Assembly: GCA_950097015.1 (NCBI GenBank)
Contig: CATNEN010000001.1
Coordinates: forward strand, 27,218,001 to 27,282,000
DNA length: 64,000 bases
Reading direction: 5' to 3'
DNA from: Macrostomum hystrix
Lineage: Eukaryota > Animalia > Platyhelminthes
Shown: one piece after another, positions 1 to 11,600 of the stretch
Layout of the letters: the number at the start of each line of letters is the position of its first letter
How positions within the stretch are numbered: position 1 is the stretch's first letter
Notes under the pieces: generated by a model
Told to the model about the DNA's origin: nothing
The model's input: only the letters and a program-made list of their open reading frames with translations
Databases searched by the model: none
Translations under genes and position numbers: made by a program

Positions 1-9
1 CGGCATTTC

Positions 10-999
10 ATGTCGACAAGGCGAATCAATATTCTAACTGACGACGCATTCTATGCTTCCAATACGACACTGAAGTCAATGGGCAGAATCTTCATTGCCC
101 GAGGCGGACGCGCCCGACACTTTCAATCGATCGAGCCTGTTGATCTGAAGAGGCTGTCTGACTACTTCGATCGGAAATCTCCAGAGGTGCTACTTCATGA
201 AGTGTACTACAACATTATTTTCTACTTTGGAAACAGAGGTCGCGAGTGGATCCGTTCACTGAGCGATGATTCCTTTCGATTCGAGACGGATTCCGATGGG
301 ATTGAAGTGGTGCGCTTTGTTGCTGGAACAGTAAAGAATGTTGGCAAAGAACTCTCCAGGAACTCGTGTGACGATGTCAAGCAAGCTGTTATGAGTGCGT
401 TGCCAGACAGAAGCCGCTGCCCTGTGGAAGCTATGAAGCTCTATTTAGCTCAGCGTGAGCAATCCATTCCATCAAGCAGTTCGGAGACGGTGAAAAGATA
501 TCCTTTCTTCTTACTGCCGAAAAAGACTGGTTGGGCAAATGGAGCATGGTACTGCCCGAACAAGGCAATTGGTGTGAATCCCTTGGGCCAGCTGATGACC
601 GTCATTTCAAAGAAGGCGAATTTATCAAAGTCATACACTGCGCACTGCATTCGATCCACGGTAATAAAGGAGCTATCTAACGCAGGTTACAGTGTGTCTG
701 ATATCTGCAAAGTGACTGGCCATAAGCAGACGCGAACTGTAGAACGCTACTTACGCTTTGGCTCCAGAAGGGACGGTGAAATGCGAGACATGTCGGTCAG
801 CTTGGCTTCTGCACTACACAAGGATGATTCCATGCAAGACGTGATTATGAAAGACTCTTTTACCGTCATGAGCCAGTCACTGATTATTTCTGACACGTCG
901 GACGTTGCTGGTGGGACGCCAAGTGATGACGCCAAGAAGAAGCCAACTGTGGTTTACAACTTCTACAACACTGTCAACAACTGCACGTTCAATTCTTAG
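10..999 (+). CDS. Tyrosine recombinase of Crypton-type DNA transposon (DUF3504-like); probably 5'-truncated by window edge
   Basis: 329-aa ORF with tyrosine-recombinase catalytic residues in order: R (FGNRGRE), K (GTVKN), HxxR (TAHCIRST), H (TGHK), Y (VERY). Also contains the RCPV motif typical of Crypton/DUF3504 proteins. The frame is open to base 1. Confidence 0.8.
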   Translation: MSTRRINILTDDAFYASNTTLKSMGRIFIARGGRARHFQSIEPVDLKRLSDYFDRKSPEVLLHEVYYNIIFYFGNRGREWIRSLSDDSFRFETDSDGIEVVRFVAGTVKNVGKELSRNSCDDVKQAVMSALPDRSRCPVEAMKLYLAQREQSIPSSSSETVKRYPFFLLPKKTGWANGAWYCPNKAIGVNPLGQLMTVISKKANLSKSYTAHCIRSTVIKELSNAGYSVSDICKVTGHKQTRTVERYLRFGSRRDGEMRDMSVSLASALHKDDSMQDVIMKDSFTVMSQSLIISDTSDVAGGTPSDDAKKKPTVVYNFYNTVNNCTFNS

Positions 1000-1635
1000 A
1001 GTGAGTAATAGCAATGAACTTTTCCCATACTGAACTTCCAAATGCAGAACGCCTTCATCTTCATTCGCTTTCCCTGTCTGTGCACCTGCTAACCGTTCCT
1101 GTTACTGTAACTGTAATCGGGATTTACAAAAGCCTGTGTAGGGACCGAAAGGACGGGGGGGTGTGGGGGGCAAAGCACCCCACGATGTGAATACACAATA
1201 AGCGATGTAAAGCATTTTCAATGACTTAAAATGGAAATCACTTGGGTCAGGCGTCTACACAGTCTACCTTGTTTACACAATTCCATGTTGTTCGTTCGTT
1301 GTACTTGTAGCAGAAGTATACTTATTAAAATATACTCACTTTCCGTGCATTACACGCGTTAGACGCACGCTTGTTGTTTTTACTCAGATAGAAAATTGCC
1401 ATAGACAACTACATTAGACGCACAGTAAATCGTGCATCTAACACGTGCCAGTGTGATACAATGGACTATATCATATATTGGCAGACAAAATGACCATATT
1501 GTATATTGGCAGACAAAAAAGGTGGCAGACAAAATGATGGTCAAACTCACCAAAAACTTATAGTTACAAGTACCAAAACTGTCACTAAAAAAATAAATAA
1601 TCTAAGCCCACTGGATCATGGGTGGCAGGGGCTTG

Positions 1636-2040
1636 CATAGAGATAGTCTGAAAGCAGATTTTTAATAAAAGTTCACCCTTTTCAGAAATTGAAATCGACA
1701 TGGAAATATATTGGAAAGTTCTGAAATTAAAGTTTTCTAAAAACTGACTACGACAGTAACTTTAAAAATTTGCAGCCCAAATTTTATTGCTTGCCAAAAC
1801 TCATAATTTTTTCTTCATTTATGATTTTTTTAGTAAAAACACTAGTGTTGCATTTTTTGCTTGTATACTAACCATTACTTCCAAGAAGGGCTCAATAAAA
1901 CATGTAAGAGCTATAAAAAATGTATTGAAATTTCAAAAACCACTTACAATAGCTGAACTTCTAAAAAAATTGAAATTTTAATTTAAGCAAAAAATCTTAA
2001 TTTTGGAAAATCAAAATCAAAATTTCAGACTATCTCTATG
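1636..2040. mobile_element. MITE / non-autonomous DNA transposon, 405 bp
   Basis: Perfect 18-bp TIRs catagagatagtctgaaa (1636-1653) and tttcagactatctctatg (2023-2040). 4-bp direct repeat cttg on both flanks (1632-1635, 2041-2044). AT-rich non-coding interior. Confidence 0.85.
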
Positions 2041-4524
2041 CTTGCAGTACTAGAGCAGGGACACATGCCCCTTAGAATGAAATTCAATATATCATACAAT
2101 GCTTTGTGCCAATTGGCATTTAGAAATTTGTCAACTTGCTTCATTTGTCAAATACTTCACTTATCAGCCTGTGGATGCAGTTAAGGTTTAGCTTGTGCCT
2201 GGTGCCCCCCAGTATGGAATCTTTGATATGACCCACAGGAACGGAAAAGTGCAATTTTGAAGAGTGCGCAATTTTTTTGAGCCAGGCGCAATTTAACTAA
2301 ATTTTAAAAACTGTTTGTACATTCATTAAGTGAAGTATGGAAAACACAACAACTGTTCCAAAATTATGGACTTGCCCACATTTTTGCAAATTTTCATTGC
2401 ACACTTTTGTGAGGTTTACATGTGAGTTGACACAATTTTTGTGCTTGGATTTTTTGTCACAATTTGTCTCTTGCGCACATGCAATTTGCGCAGTTTTTTG
2501 TGCAGACAGGAACACATTCTAATTTCCACGCAGGAATTCCATCCTGGGTGCTCCCCCCCCCAAAAAAATGGCTCCACTGCCCCTGCTGCCCTGCACTAGA
2601 TCAGATTTAAAAGCCACAAGCTTAATATAGCATTCGATCTTAAATTCAATGCTAAATGAAACTAAAGCAATACAGTTAAAACAAGCAAGTCTTAAAAATG
2701 GCCAACATAATAAATTGTTTAAACTAGTTATGGATTTGCTATAAAATAACAGCATAACAAGGCGAGGTGGGACCAGGACAAGGGTTATTTTTATGTGATG
2801 TGACAGAATATTTATAATCATACTTTCCTAATAAGCATTATATATTTTTTATGAATATAACAATATTCTCAACAGTAATTATTATTTACAATTTGTCAAT
2901 TTCTCCATTTCTCACAGCAACTGCTTACATACACATTCATATATAGTATACAGTAAACTAGGAGAAAGAAAAAAAACGCACTTGGCTAAAATTCAAACAA
3001 GACTAGTAGGCAGCTAGCGTAATCTCTCAATTGTTATATAAAAAAGAACACTAGCTACAAGATAGACTGAAACAGCTCAGCCTACGGACGCACATGATAT
3101 AATACCAGAGTTAGGCCTACCTGTGGCTGTTACACAAGAAAGCGAAACAAAATGTTGTTTTTTAAGTTGTCATAATTACTATCTTAGAAAAAACTGTTTT
3201 GAAGGAACGATAATCTTTAGTATTCTATACACGAATTGTATATTATAGTATATATAATAATCAGGTATCGAATAACTTTTATAAAGAAAACCTTACTTCA
3301 AAATTGTTTCGAAAACGCATTTAATTTGTTTTACACAATTGCGGTTCGTAGTAGCTAGTTGATGGATTTCCCTAATACCTGTTAAACTCAGCATATTTAA
3401 ATTAATCCGTTTATTTCAATAAATATAGCCGCTTTTTATTTGGTTATATGTTTTTGTCGAATTGTGTAATTCCCGAGCTGTCAATCCATAGCAACTTTTG
3501 AACCGTTTAACAAGTTTAAAGCGGCTTACCGATGGGCAAACTAGCTTTTTTGCTGGTTTTGTTGCTAGCTATTTAATATTAAATGGAATGCGTCTATTCT
3601 AGGGCTATTGTGCAATTTCGAAAGTAACATTCCTTTATAGCGAAAACAGCCCTAATTCCTTTTGTGCCTCGCTTCTAGAGCTACTTAAAGTAGCGTTGTG
3701 AACATTGTAACTTTTCAAAGCTTTCTTCGAGTATTTGATCATTCATCCAGACGGCCTTAATTTCAACTTGTAGCAGCAACAGCAACAACAATAAGAAATC
3801 GAAATAACTACCTCAATGGCTAACTATTTTGTGGTTTGATTTTGAATAGAGTTGGCAGATATCCAACGATACGATATCGAAATGGCATATAAATTTCTTC
3901 TGTTTTGTCGATTTGACTCTACAATTCAGTGAAATAACTTGATAAATTCTCGGTACAAATCAAAAACTAAACGCAGTAGGGTCATAAAATTTCGGTCTCG
4001 CTCATGCCTTACTTGTTCCTATCGTAGTTTAGTGTGGGTCATTTCAGGTTTGTGCATTCGTTTGCTATTGAATCTTCTTATAAAACACACGCTGAGCATG
4101 GCTGTCTTGGTTTTTTGCATGCTGGGTGCATGCTTTTCGCTCATACAAGAATGCCTCTCGGCTCTCTCAATAGTTAGAGGCTTACAAATACTGCATGTTC
4201 CTCCTCTCTGCATCTCACAAGGGAGTTAATGCGCTCGCTATCTGTCAGTCTGTCTCTTGGGTGGGTCATTTTCCGTTGAGTAATGAAAGAGACATGAAAT
4301 CCCACTCTGTGCTCGATTTGATGTCCGGCATTGTGACTTTATAACGCATTTATGACCATTCGTGAGATATTTTATGTCACAGAACACTGGAATATGAATC
4401 TTCATTGCAGATTTCGCAATTGAACAGACAGTGAGACGGAATTAGAGAATATCCTAGGAATGAGCTACAGATTCGATTTTAAATATGGACTCGACTAGAG
4501 GGCCGGGTCTGCACTCTTGACTTT

Positions 4525-7030
4525 TGGGGAGTGACTGGATGAAAGCTTGAGGGAGTGACTGGATGAGTGCTCGAGGGAGTGACTAGGTGAGTGCTTGAGG
4601 GAGTGCCTGGGTGAGTGCTCGAGGGAGTGACTAGGTGAGTGCTTGAGGGAGTGACTGGGTGAGTGCTTGAGGGTGTGACCGGATGAGTGCTTGAGGGAGT
4701 GACTGGGTGAGTGCTTGAGGGTGTGACCGGATGAGTGCTTGAGGGAGTGACTGGATGAGTGCTTGAGGGAGTGACTGGATGAGTGCTTGAGGGAGTGACT
4801 GATTGAGTGCTTGAGGGAGTGACTGGGTGAGTGCTTGAGGGAGTGACTGATTGAGTGCTTGAGGGAGTGACTGATTGAGTGCTTGAAGGAGTGACTGGGT
4901 GAGTGCTTGAGGGAGTGACTGGATGAGTGCTTGAGGGAATGAATGATTGAGTGCTTGAAGGAGTGACTGATTGAGTGCTTGAGGGAGTGACTGATTGAGT
5001 GCTTGAAGGAGTGACTGGGTGAGTGCTTGAGGGAGTGACTGGATGAGTGCTTGAGGGAGTGACTGATTGAGTGCTTGGGGGAGTGACTGGGTGAGTGCTT
5101 GAGGGAGTGACTGATTGAGTGCTTGAAGGAGTGACTGGATGAAAGCTTGAGGGAGTGACTGGATGAGTGCTTGAGGGAATGAATGATTGAGTGCTTGAAG
5201 GAGTGACTGGGTGAGTGCTTGAGGGAGTGACTGGGTGAGTGCTTGAGGGAGTGACTGATTGAGTGCTTGAGGGAGTGACTGGGTGAGTGCTTGAGGGAGT
5301 GACTGGATGAGTGCTTGAGGGAGTGACTGATTGAGTGCTTGGGGGAGTGACTGGGTGAGTGCTTGAGGGAGTGACTGATTGAGTGCTTGAGGGAGTGACT
5401 GATTGAGTGCTTGAAGGAGTGACTGGATGAAAGCTTGAGGGAGTGACTGGATGAGTGCTTGAGGGAATGAATGATTGAGTGCTTGAAGGAGTGACTGGGT
5501 GAGTGCTTGAGGGAGTGACTGGGTGAGTGCTTGAGGGAGTGACTGATTGAGTGCTTGAGGGAGTGACTGGGTGAGTGCTTGAGGGAGTGACTGGATGAGT
5601 GCTTGAGGGAGTGACTGATTGAGTGCTTGAGGGAGTGACTGGGTGAGTGCTTGAGGGAGTGACTGGATGAGTGCTTGAGGGAGTGACTGGGTGAGTGCTT
5701 GAGGGATTGACTGGGTGAGTGCTTGAAGGAGTGACTGGGTGAGTGCTTGAGGGAGTGACTGGGTGAGTGCTCGAGGGAGTGACTGGGTGAGTGCTTGAGG
5801 GAGTGACTGGGTGAGTGCTTGAGGGAGTGACTGATTGAGTGCTTGAGGGAGTGACTGATTGAGTGCTTGAAGGAGTGACTGGGTGAGTGCTTGAGGGAGT
5901 GACTGGATGAGTGCTTGAGGGAATGAATGATTGAGTGCTTGAAGGAGTGACTGATTGAGTGCTTGAGGGAGTGACTGATTGAGTGCTTGAAGGAGTGACT
6001 GGGTGAGTGCTTGAGGGAGTGACTGGATGAGTGCTTGAGGGAGTGACTGATTGAGTGCTTGGGGGAGTGACTGGGTGAGTGCTTGAGGGAGTGACTGATT
6101 GAGTGCTTGAGGGAGTGACTGATTGAGTGCTTGAAGGAGTGACTGGATGAAAGCTTGAGGGAGTGACTGGATGAGTGCTTGAGGGAATGAATGATTGAGT
6201 GCTTGAAGGAGTGACTGGGTGAGTGCTTGAGGGAGTGACTGGGTGAGTGCTTGAGGGAGTGACTGATTGAGTGCTTGAGGGAGTGACTGGGTGAGTGCTT
6301 GAGGGAGTGACTGGATGAGTGCTTGAGGGAGTGACTGATTGAGTGCTTGGGGGAGTGACTGGGTGAGTGCTTGAGGGAGTGACTGATTGAGTGCTTGAGG
6401 GAGTGACTGATTGAGTGCTTGAAGGAGTGACTGGATGAAAGCTTGAGGGAGTGACTGGATGAGTGCTTGAGGGAATGAATGATTGAGTGCTTGAAGGAGT
6501 GACTGGGTGAGTGCTTGAGGGAGTGACTGGGTGAGTGCTTGAGGGAGTGACTGATTGAGTGCTTGAGGGAGTGACTGGGTGAGTGCTTGAGGGAGTGACT
6601 GGATGAGTGCTTGAGGGAGTGACTGATTGAGTGCTTGGGGGAGTGACTGGGTGAGTGCTTGAGGGAGTGACTGATTGAGTGCTTGAGGGAGTGACTGATT
6701 GAGTGCTTGAAGGAGTGACTGGATGAAAGCTTGAGGGAGTGACTGGATGAGTGCTTGAGGGAATGAATGATTGAGTGCTTGAAGGAGTGACTGGGTGAGT
6801 GCTTGAGGGAGTGACTGGGTGAGTGCTTGAGGGAGTGACTGATTGAGTGCTTGAGGGAGTGACTGGGTGAGTGCTTGAGGGAGTGACTGGATGAGTGCTT
6901 GAGGGAGTGACTGGGTGAGTGCTTGAGGGAGTGACTGGGTGAGTGCTTGAGGGAGTGACTGGGTGAGTGCTTGAGGGAGTGACTGGGTGAGTGCTCGAGG
7001 GAGTGACTGGGTGAGTGCTCGAGTGACTGA
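4525..7030. repeat. 24-bp minisatellite (gagggagtgactgggtgagtgctt)n with 288-bp higher-order structure
   Basis: ~100 tandem units. The variant gaaagc recurs at 5141, 5429, 6149, 6437 and 6725. Confidence 0.95.
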
Positions 7031-7779
7031 GCGGCTTCAATGTTCCTGACCCTAAAGTCCAAATGAGTTTTAGGCAAAACGTAAACTGACAGGTGAAATT
7101 GTTTCATAAAAAGCTATATGATACCCTTCCATCACAATCGCTTAAAAATCCAAGCAAACTTCCTTCTTCCTTCAGTGAATCAGTGTTATGTTAGTTTGAC
7201 TTTGACGTTAACGAAAAGCGAAAAATCAATGTTGGCCAGGTGAGAAAATTAGGTTCTTCTTCACACTTTTATAAATTGAATTGGGCATGCTTAGGTGACA
7301 AAAGCAAGAGTATTTGTTTACATTGCAGCCTTACATTGGAGGATTCCGTTTCTGCACAATTCCCAATCCTTCCAAAATAAAGTGGATCGAATTCCAAAGG
7401 AATAAAACGGTATCTTTATTGCCTCGTCCCATTGAATCTCGCCCACACAGTAAAAATCCTATGGTAAAATGGAATGCTATACAAATACAATTAATTAGTC
7501 CAGCGTGACGACTGGGCCTACTACAACTACTACACACTGCGATTCTGTCTTCCCCGCGAAGGCAATGAGATCCATTGAGTGTGACTCCACAAACACACCC
7601 ACACACACACACACTATCGCTCATTTATTTTTTCATTCCAACTTGCGCCCTGAAGCGGCCAAGCCTTCTCTCTCTTATACCGAAGACTTGGGCTGGCTGG
7701 CTTGGGCTCGCTGCGCTGTATAAGAAACATGCCTGGCGGAGAGCGGGCAGGGAAGTGTTGAGGGAAGCGCAGCGGCAGT

Positions 7780-7816
7780 GGCGGCGGTTGCGGCGGCGGC
7801 GGCTAAGATCAAAGGG
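7780..7816 (+). promoter_or_regulatory. Putative Wnt-response element: TCF/LEF site AGATCAAAGGG with adjacent GGCGGC (helper) run
   Basis: Perfect TCF consensus at 7806-7816, directly preceded by ggcggcggttgcggcggcggcggc, ~400 bp upstream of the Axin TATA box. Confidence 0.55.
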
Positions 7817-7989
7817 TTTTCGTACACCCTCAACAATCCTCTCCACCGCCCCTCCGCCACTGAGGGCCGGGTATGACTTGTGATCTTAAATCGGAGCCGC
7901 AGCCACAAGCAACTCTCTCTGCCTCGCAATCTTCTCTATGCCCCCACCCTCCGGGCATTTGCGTTCAAAAACCATTACACATCTGGGGC

Positions 7990-8232
7990 CTCAGCCAATA
8001 GGACAGGCTGAGCCAGCCAATCGTGGATGAGACACACTAAAGGGTGACCAGCAACTCCTCTCCCCCACCCAAACATGGGCCCGGGCAAGCACACTCAGCC
8101 CCGCCCACCCCTCCTCAATCTTGAACGCACGCAAGACTCGCGCACGCATGGGGTGGGTTGGCGGACTGTGGGCCCTGAAGGCAAATGGGGTGGCAGGGGG
8201 GGCCTGACCTAAAGAGCCCGTATATATAAAAT
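7990..8232 (+). promoter_or_regulatory. Axin core promoter (CCAAT boxes, GC box, TATA)
   Basis: agccaat twice near 7995-8020, GC-box-like ccgccc near 8100, and TATATATAAA at 8221-8230 upstream of the ATG-containing first exon. Confidence 0.5.
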
Positions 8233-8670
8233 TTTCAACTTCGCACCCCGCAAAGCCGATACACAGCTAGCCAATAAAGCAGATATTTCTGCTACCAGAC
8301 CAGGAGGCCAAGCCCAGCTGATTGGAAACCGTTTTGCAACTCCGATTGCATTTTCTCCCCTTTCAGTTCTTTCTTTTAATTAAATTTGTTTCTTTCTTTC
8401 AACGCAACAAGCAAATCAGCCCAGTTCGAGTAATGAGTTCGCGAATATTAACAAAATTCGAATCACTTATGAAGAATTAACCTGTTCTTCTGGATTTTGC
8501 TTCTTCCTACCTGTGCTGTTTCCTTCAAGAGCTACACCTGGCGATCTATGTCAATAGATTTCGTAGCTCCTCGCACTTTAGTCAGCTAGATCGGAGCTAC
8601 TATCTTGTCCTAACCGGAGGCGTATTTCGACACCAAGTCAATCTGCATTTATTCATTTATTAGCTACAAA

Positions 8671-11600
8671 ATGGTGAGCCCGCTTTGAAGCTTATTTCAT
8701 TTGTATCTATCCAAGCAATCAATGTGTACATCCATCAAGCTCGAGCAGGCCGCACTGTACACTCCAGCCCACTCGATCGCACTCCACGCCCCACTCAGCC
8801 TGTACTCCCTTGCCCCCGTGCGTCTAAGTAGCTTGAGGCTCAAGCTAAACCCCTAGAGCCAAGGCCAATATGCAGCCCGAACTTCAAAGAAATTCTCCGC
8901 CCCTGAAGCAGAGGCCTGAGCCTGCACGGCATGACCTTGGGCTTTCCCTTAGTTCTGGGACACCCGAATATGGCATTGCGCTGTCTGCGGAATTGATACT
9001 ATAAATCCTATACTCTGCATTTACTATTATATTTTATCTCTGGCTTTATTTAGGTCCCCAGTCCCACTGCATTATTCCATTCCCAGTGAGGTATGCTTAT
9101 GCTTACCAGTAGTAATAGCTGTCTCGCTCCCTATAGGCAATTATTTTCTACAATACAGTCCTTTTCAGTCCAGCCCGACAGTGTTGTATATGGCTGGGCA
9201 GGGCGGGGGCAGTCAATTTTGATTGACAGCTGATAAGGAAACTTGCGCGCGCGCGCGCCCTGTTTGAAGCCATGCAGGCTGCGGGTACTTGTGTATTAGG
9301 GGAGCTACTATCCGAGAGCTGTGGGAACTGCAGAACAGGGGATAAAGGGAGCCGACAGGCAGTGTATATTTATATGCTTATTTATCGACAGCACTTATAT
9401 AACTGAGTTAATATATAACTGCCCAATACGATTGCAATACCCCAGTTTAGTGAACACTTATCAGCTAAGATTGCTGGGGAGACTTGTATTAATAGACAAT
9501 TGAAAAGCTCGTCTATTAGAGAACAGTTTCCTTCATGTGCGCAATTTCCCGTTTTACCACTAGGCAATAATTTGTAGTTAAATTGAAGAAGATTCTCATA
9601 AATTTTGCTATTTGCGTCTGTAACTTGGTTCGCCTAATAATTAAAATTATTATTATTGCAGGAGGCCTTGGGCCAATAGCGCATTATTCGGTAACTCTGC
9701 CAGCAAAAGGCTCTACCTATTTCGCTGACTCCTGAGCACACACGCCACAGATACCGTATGCAGGCATACACTCACACAGTTGTGTATATCTGCCCTGACT
9801 TTCTCATCGTCTGGCAGTGTACACTCTCACTGTACTTTGGAGGTAAATCCTCGAGGGCGTAAGTTGCACGAAATAAATGCGGGGCTTGCCAAATTGGTGC
9901 AAAAGACAAACGCGTTAAACCGCTCTGCCACTCAACTATGACAGGCTTATTATAATCAGCCACGTTTATATTGATGTTTTCCTGGAAATCAAGTCAAACA
10001 AAAACAACAGATTCTTATCATCAATGTGGACTGTTTATCTGTTGAAGTTCATGTTTTTGATCCGGCTTATCGGCACAGCTGTAAAGTGTGAAGTCTCGGA
10101 GGTGTCAGCCCCCTATTCCGCCAAGGCTTGTTTAGGGAAGGTGTTAAAGTTGGGGGTGGTGGCCTGCGGAGCGCTTGGCGCGCATAAAATGAAACTGGAT
10201 CGCGAGGCCTTGCCATTTTATTACCCAAGCCAAAATATTATGAGCCTTTTTCTGGCTGAGAGCCGTTTGAAACTTTCCAGAATGAAAAGTTTTAGCCAGG
10301 GCCAGTGCTGGTCCGAAAGCTGCGCGGGACTTTTAAAACTTCTCTCGGGTCAAGAATCAAAGACTATAATAATAATATCCGGCACTTAATGACTTTATTA
10401 GCCTCCCTCCCCGTGGCTTTAACAGCAGCAGCAAGTCAGTAAAAGTTTATAGTTTTATATACAACCCCCGGGGTGCCTCCAAGCCGAGGTGGGTGGGTGT
10501 GGCCAAAGCTGCACTGCACGGCCGCCCCCACCCCATATCCAAACTTTATTATTATTGTTTTCGCTATTGCCCCCATTCGCCCCCCAGTACAGAAGCTCGC
10601 ACTCCCAGCAGGCAAGGGCCGGCGATTAAGCAGTTAAGTATTATTGTTATGATTGTTGAAATTGCCCCCATACCCGATGGCAATGTGGCTTACCACTTCC
10701 ACGGCTCCATCCAGCCTGCTCACCAGCTTGAAACTTGTTAGCTATTTTGCTAGTAAAATTAATTTTGTTAAACTTAAGAGTTAAGCTATAACTTAAGGCC
10801 CAGTAAAAGTCATACCCTTAATTAAATGGCTTCTGATTTTGATGTCAAGTTGCAGCGCTAGCAGAAATGAGGTCAAGACCCATTCGCTGTGACAGTGAAA
10901 CTACTAAATTCAAATTATTTCTCCTAAGATATCTTTGTTTGCCGGACTGTAAGTTCTCTAACTAGTTATTAGAGCATGGACAAGTGCAGGGAAAAAATGA
11001 GAAAATAATAATAGCTGTGTGCGTGTGTGTGCCGCCACTCAAAAAGTCTAATAAAAGGCCCATAAACCTCATTGCCTTTTGTGGGGCCTGCGCCGCCTTA
11101 AGCCCGCGGCCAGAGTCCTTCACCTCGGCTATTTTATGACCCACAATTTAAGCGACCGAAAGCCAACAAATATTTCACACAAATGGGAGGAAATCTCTTC
11201 TATATTTACGATTATACCTCCTTTTATTTGTGCTTTATTGCCTGTTTCTCTCCTATTAATTCTCTCTCGCTCTTTTTCCCTGTGGAGTGTGCCGCCACAG
11301 AAACTGAGAGGAAGGGTCAGTCAACGCCTCTCACTGGAACCCTCCTTCTTCTGCAAGCAACACAAAAAAGCAAAGCCAAATAACCTAGCCAGCCAACCTC
11401 CTATAATTCTCTATTATACTCTAGTGTCTAACCCCTTTAGACTCCTGCTCAGAGTTCAGACTAAAGTGAAGTGGCATCGGGGTGTCTCACTCACACAGAG
11501 AATTATCAATATCAGCCCAGCCACCCGTCTCATCTCCTCCTGCCTCCCTCCTGCCTCCTGTGTTCTTGATTGTGAGGCCGCCGCAACCACAGACTCTATG

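Noticed and set aside
4479-7107. 853-aa mucin-like (STHPVTPS)n and 870-aa (HSLKHSPS)n ORFs
   Set aside because: Two overlapping frames are open only because the 24-bp unit lacks stops. There is no signal peptide or unique domain, and one ORF starts at TTG.
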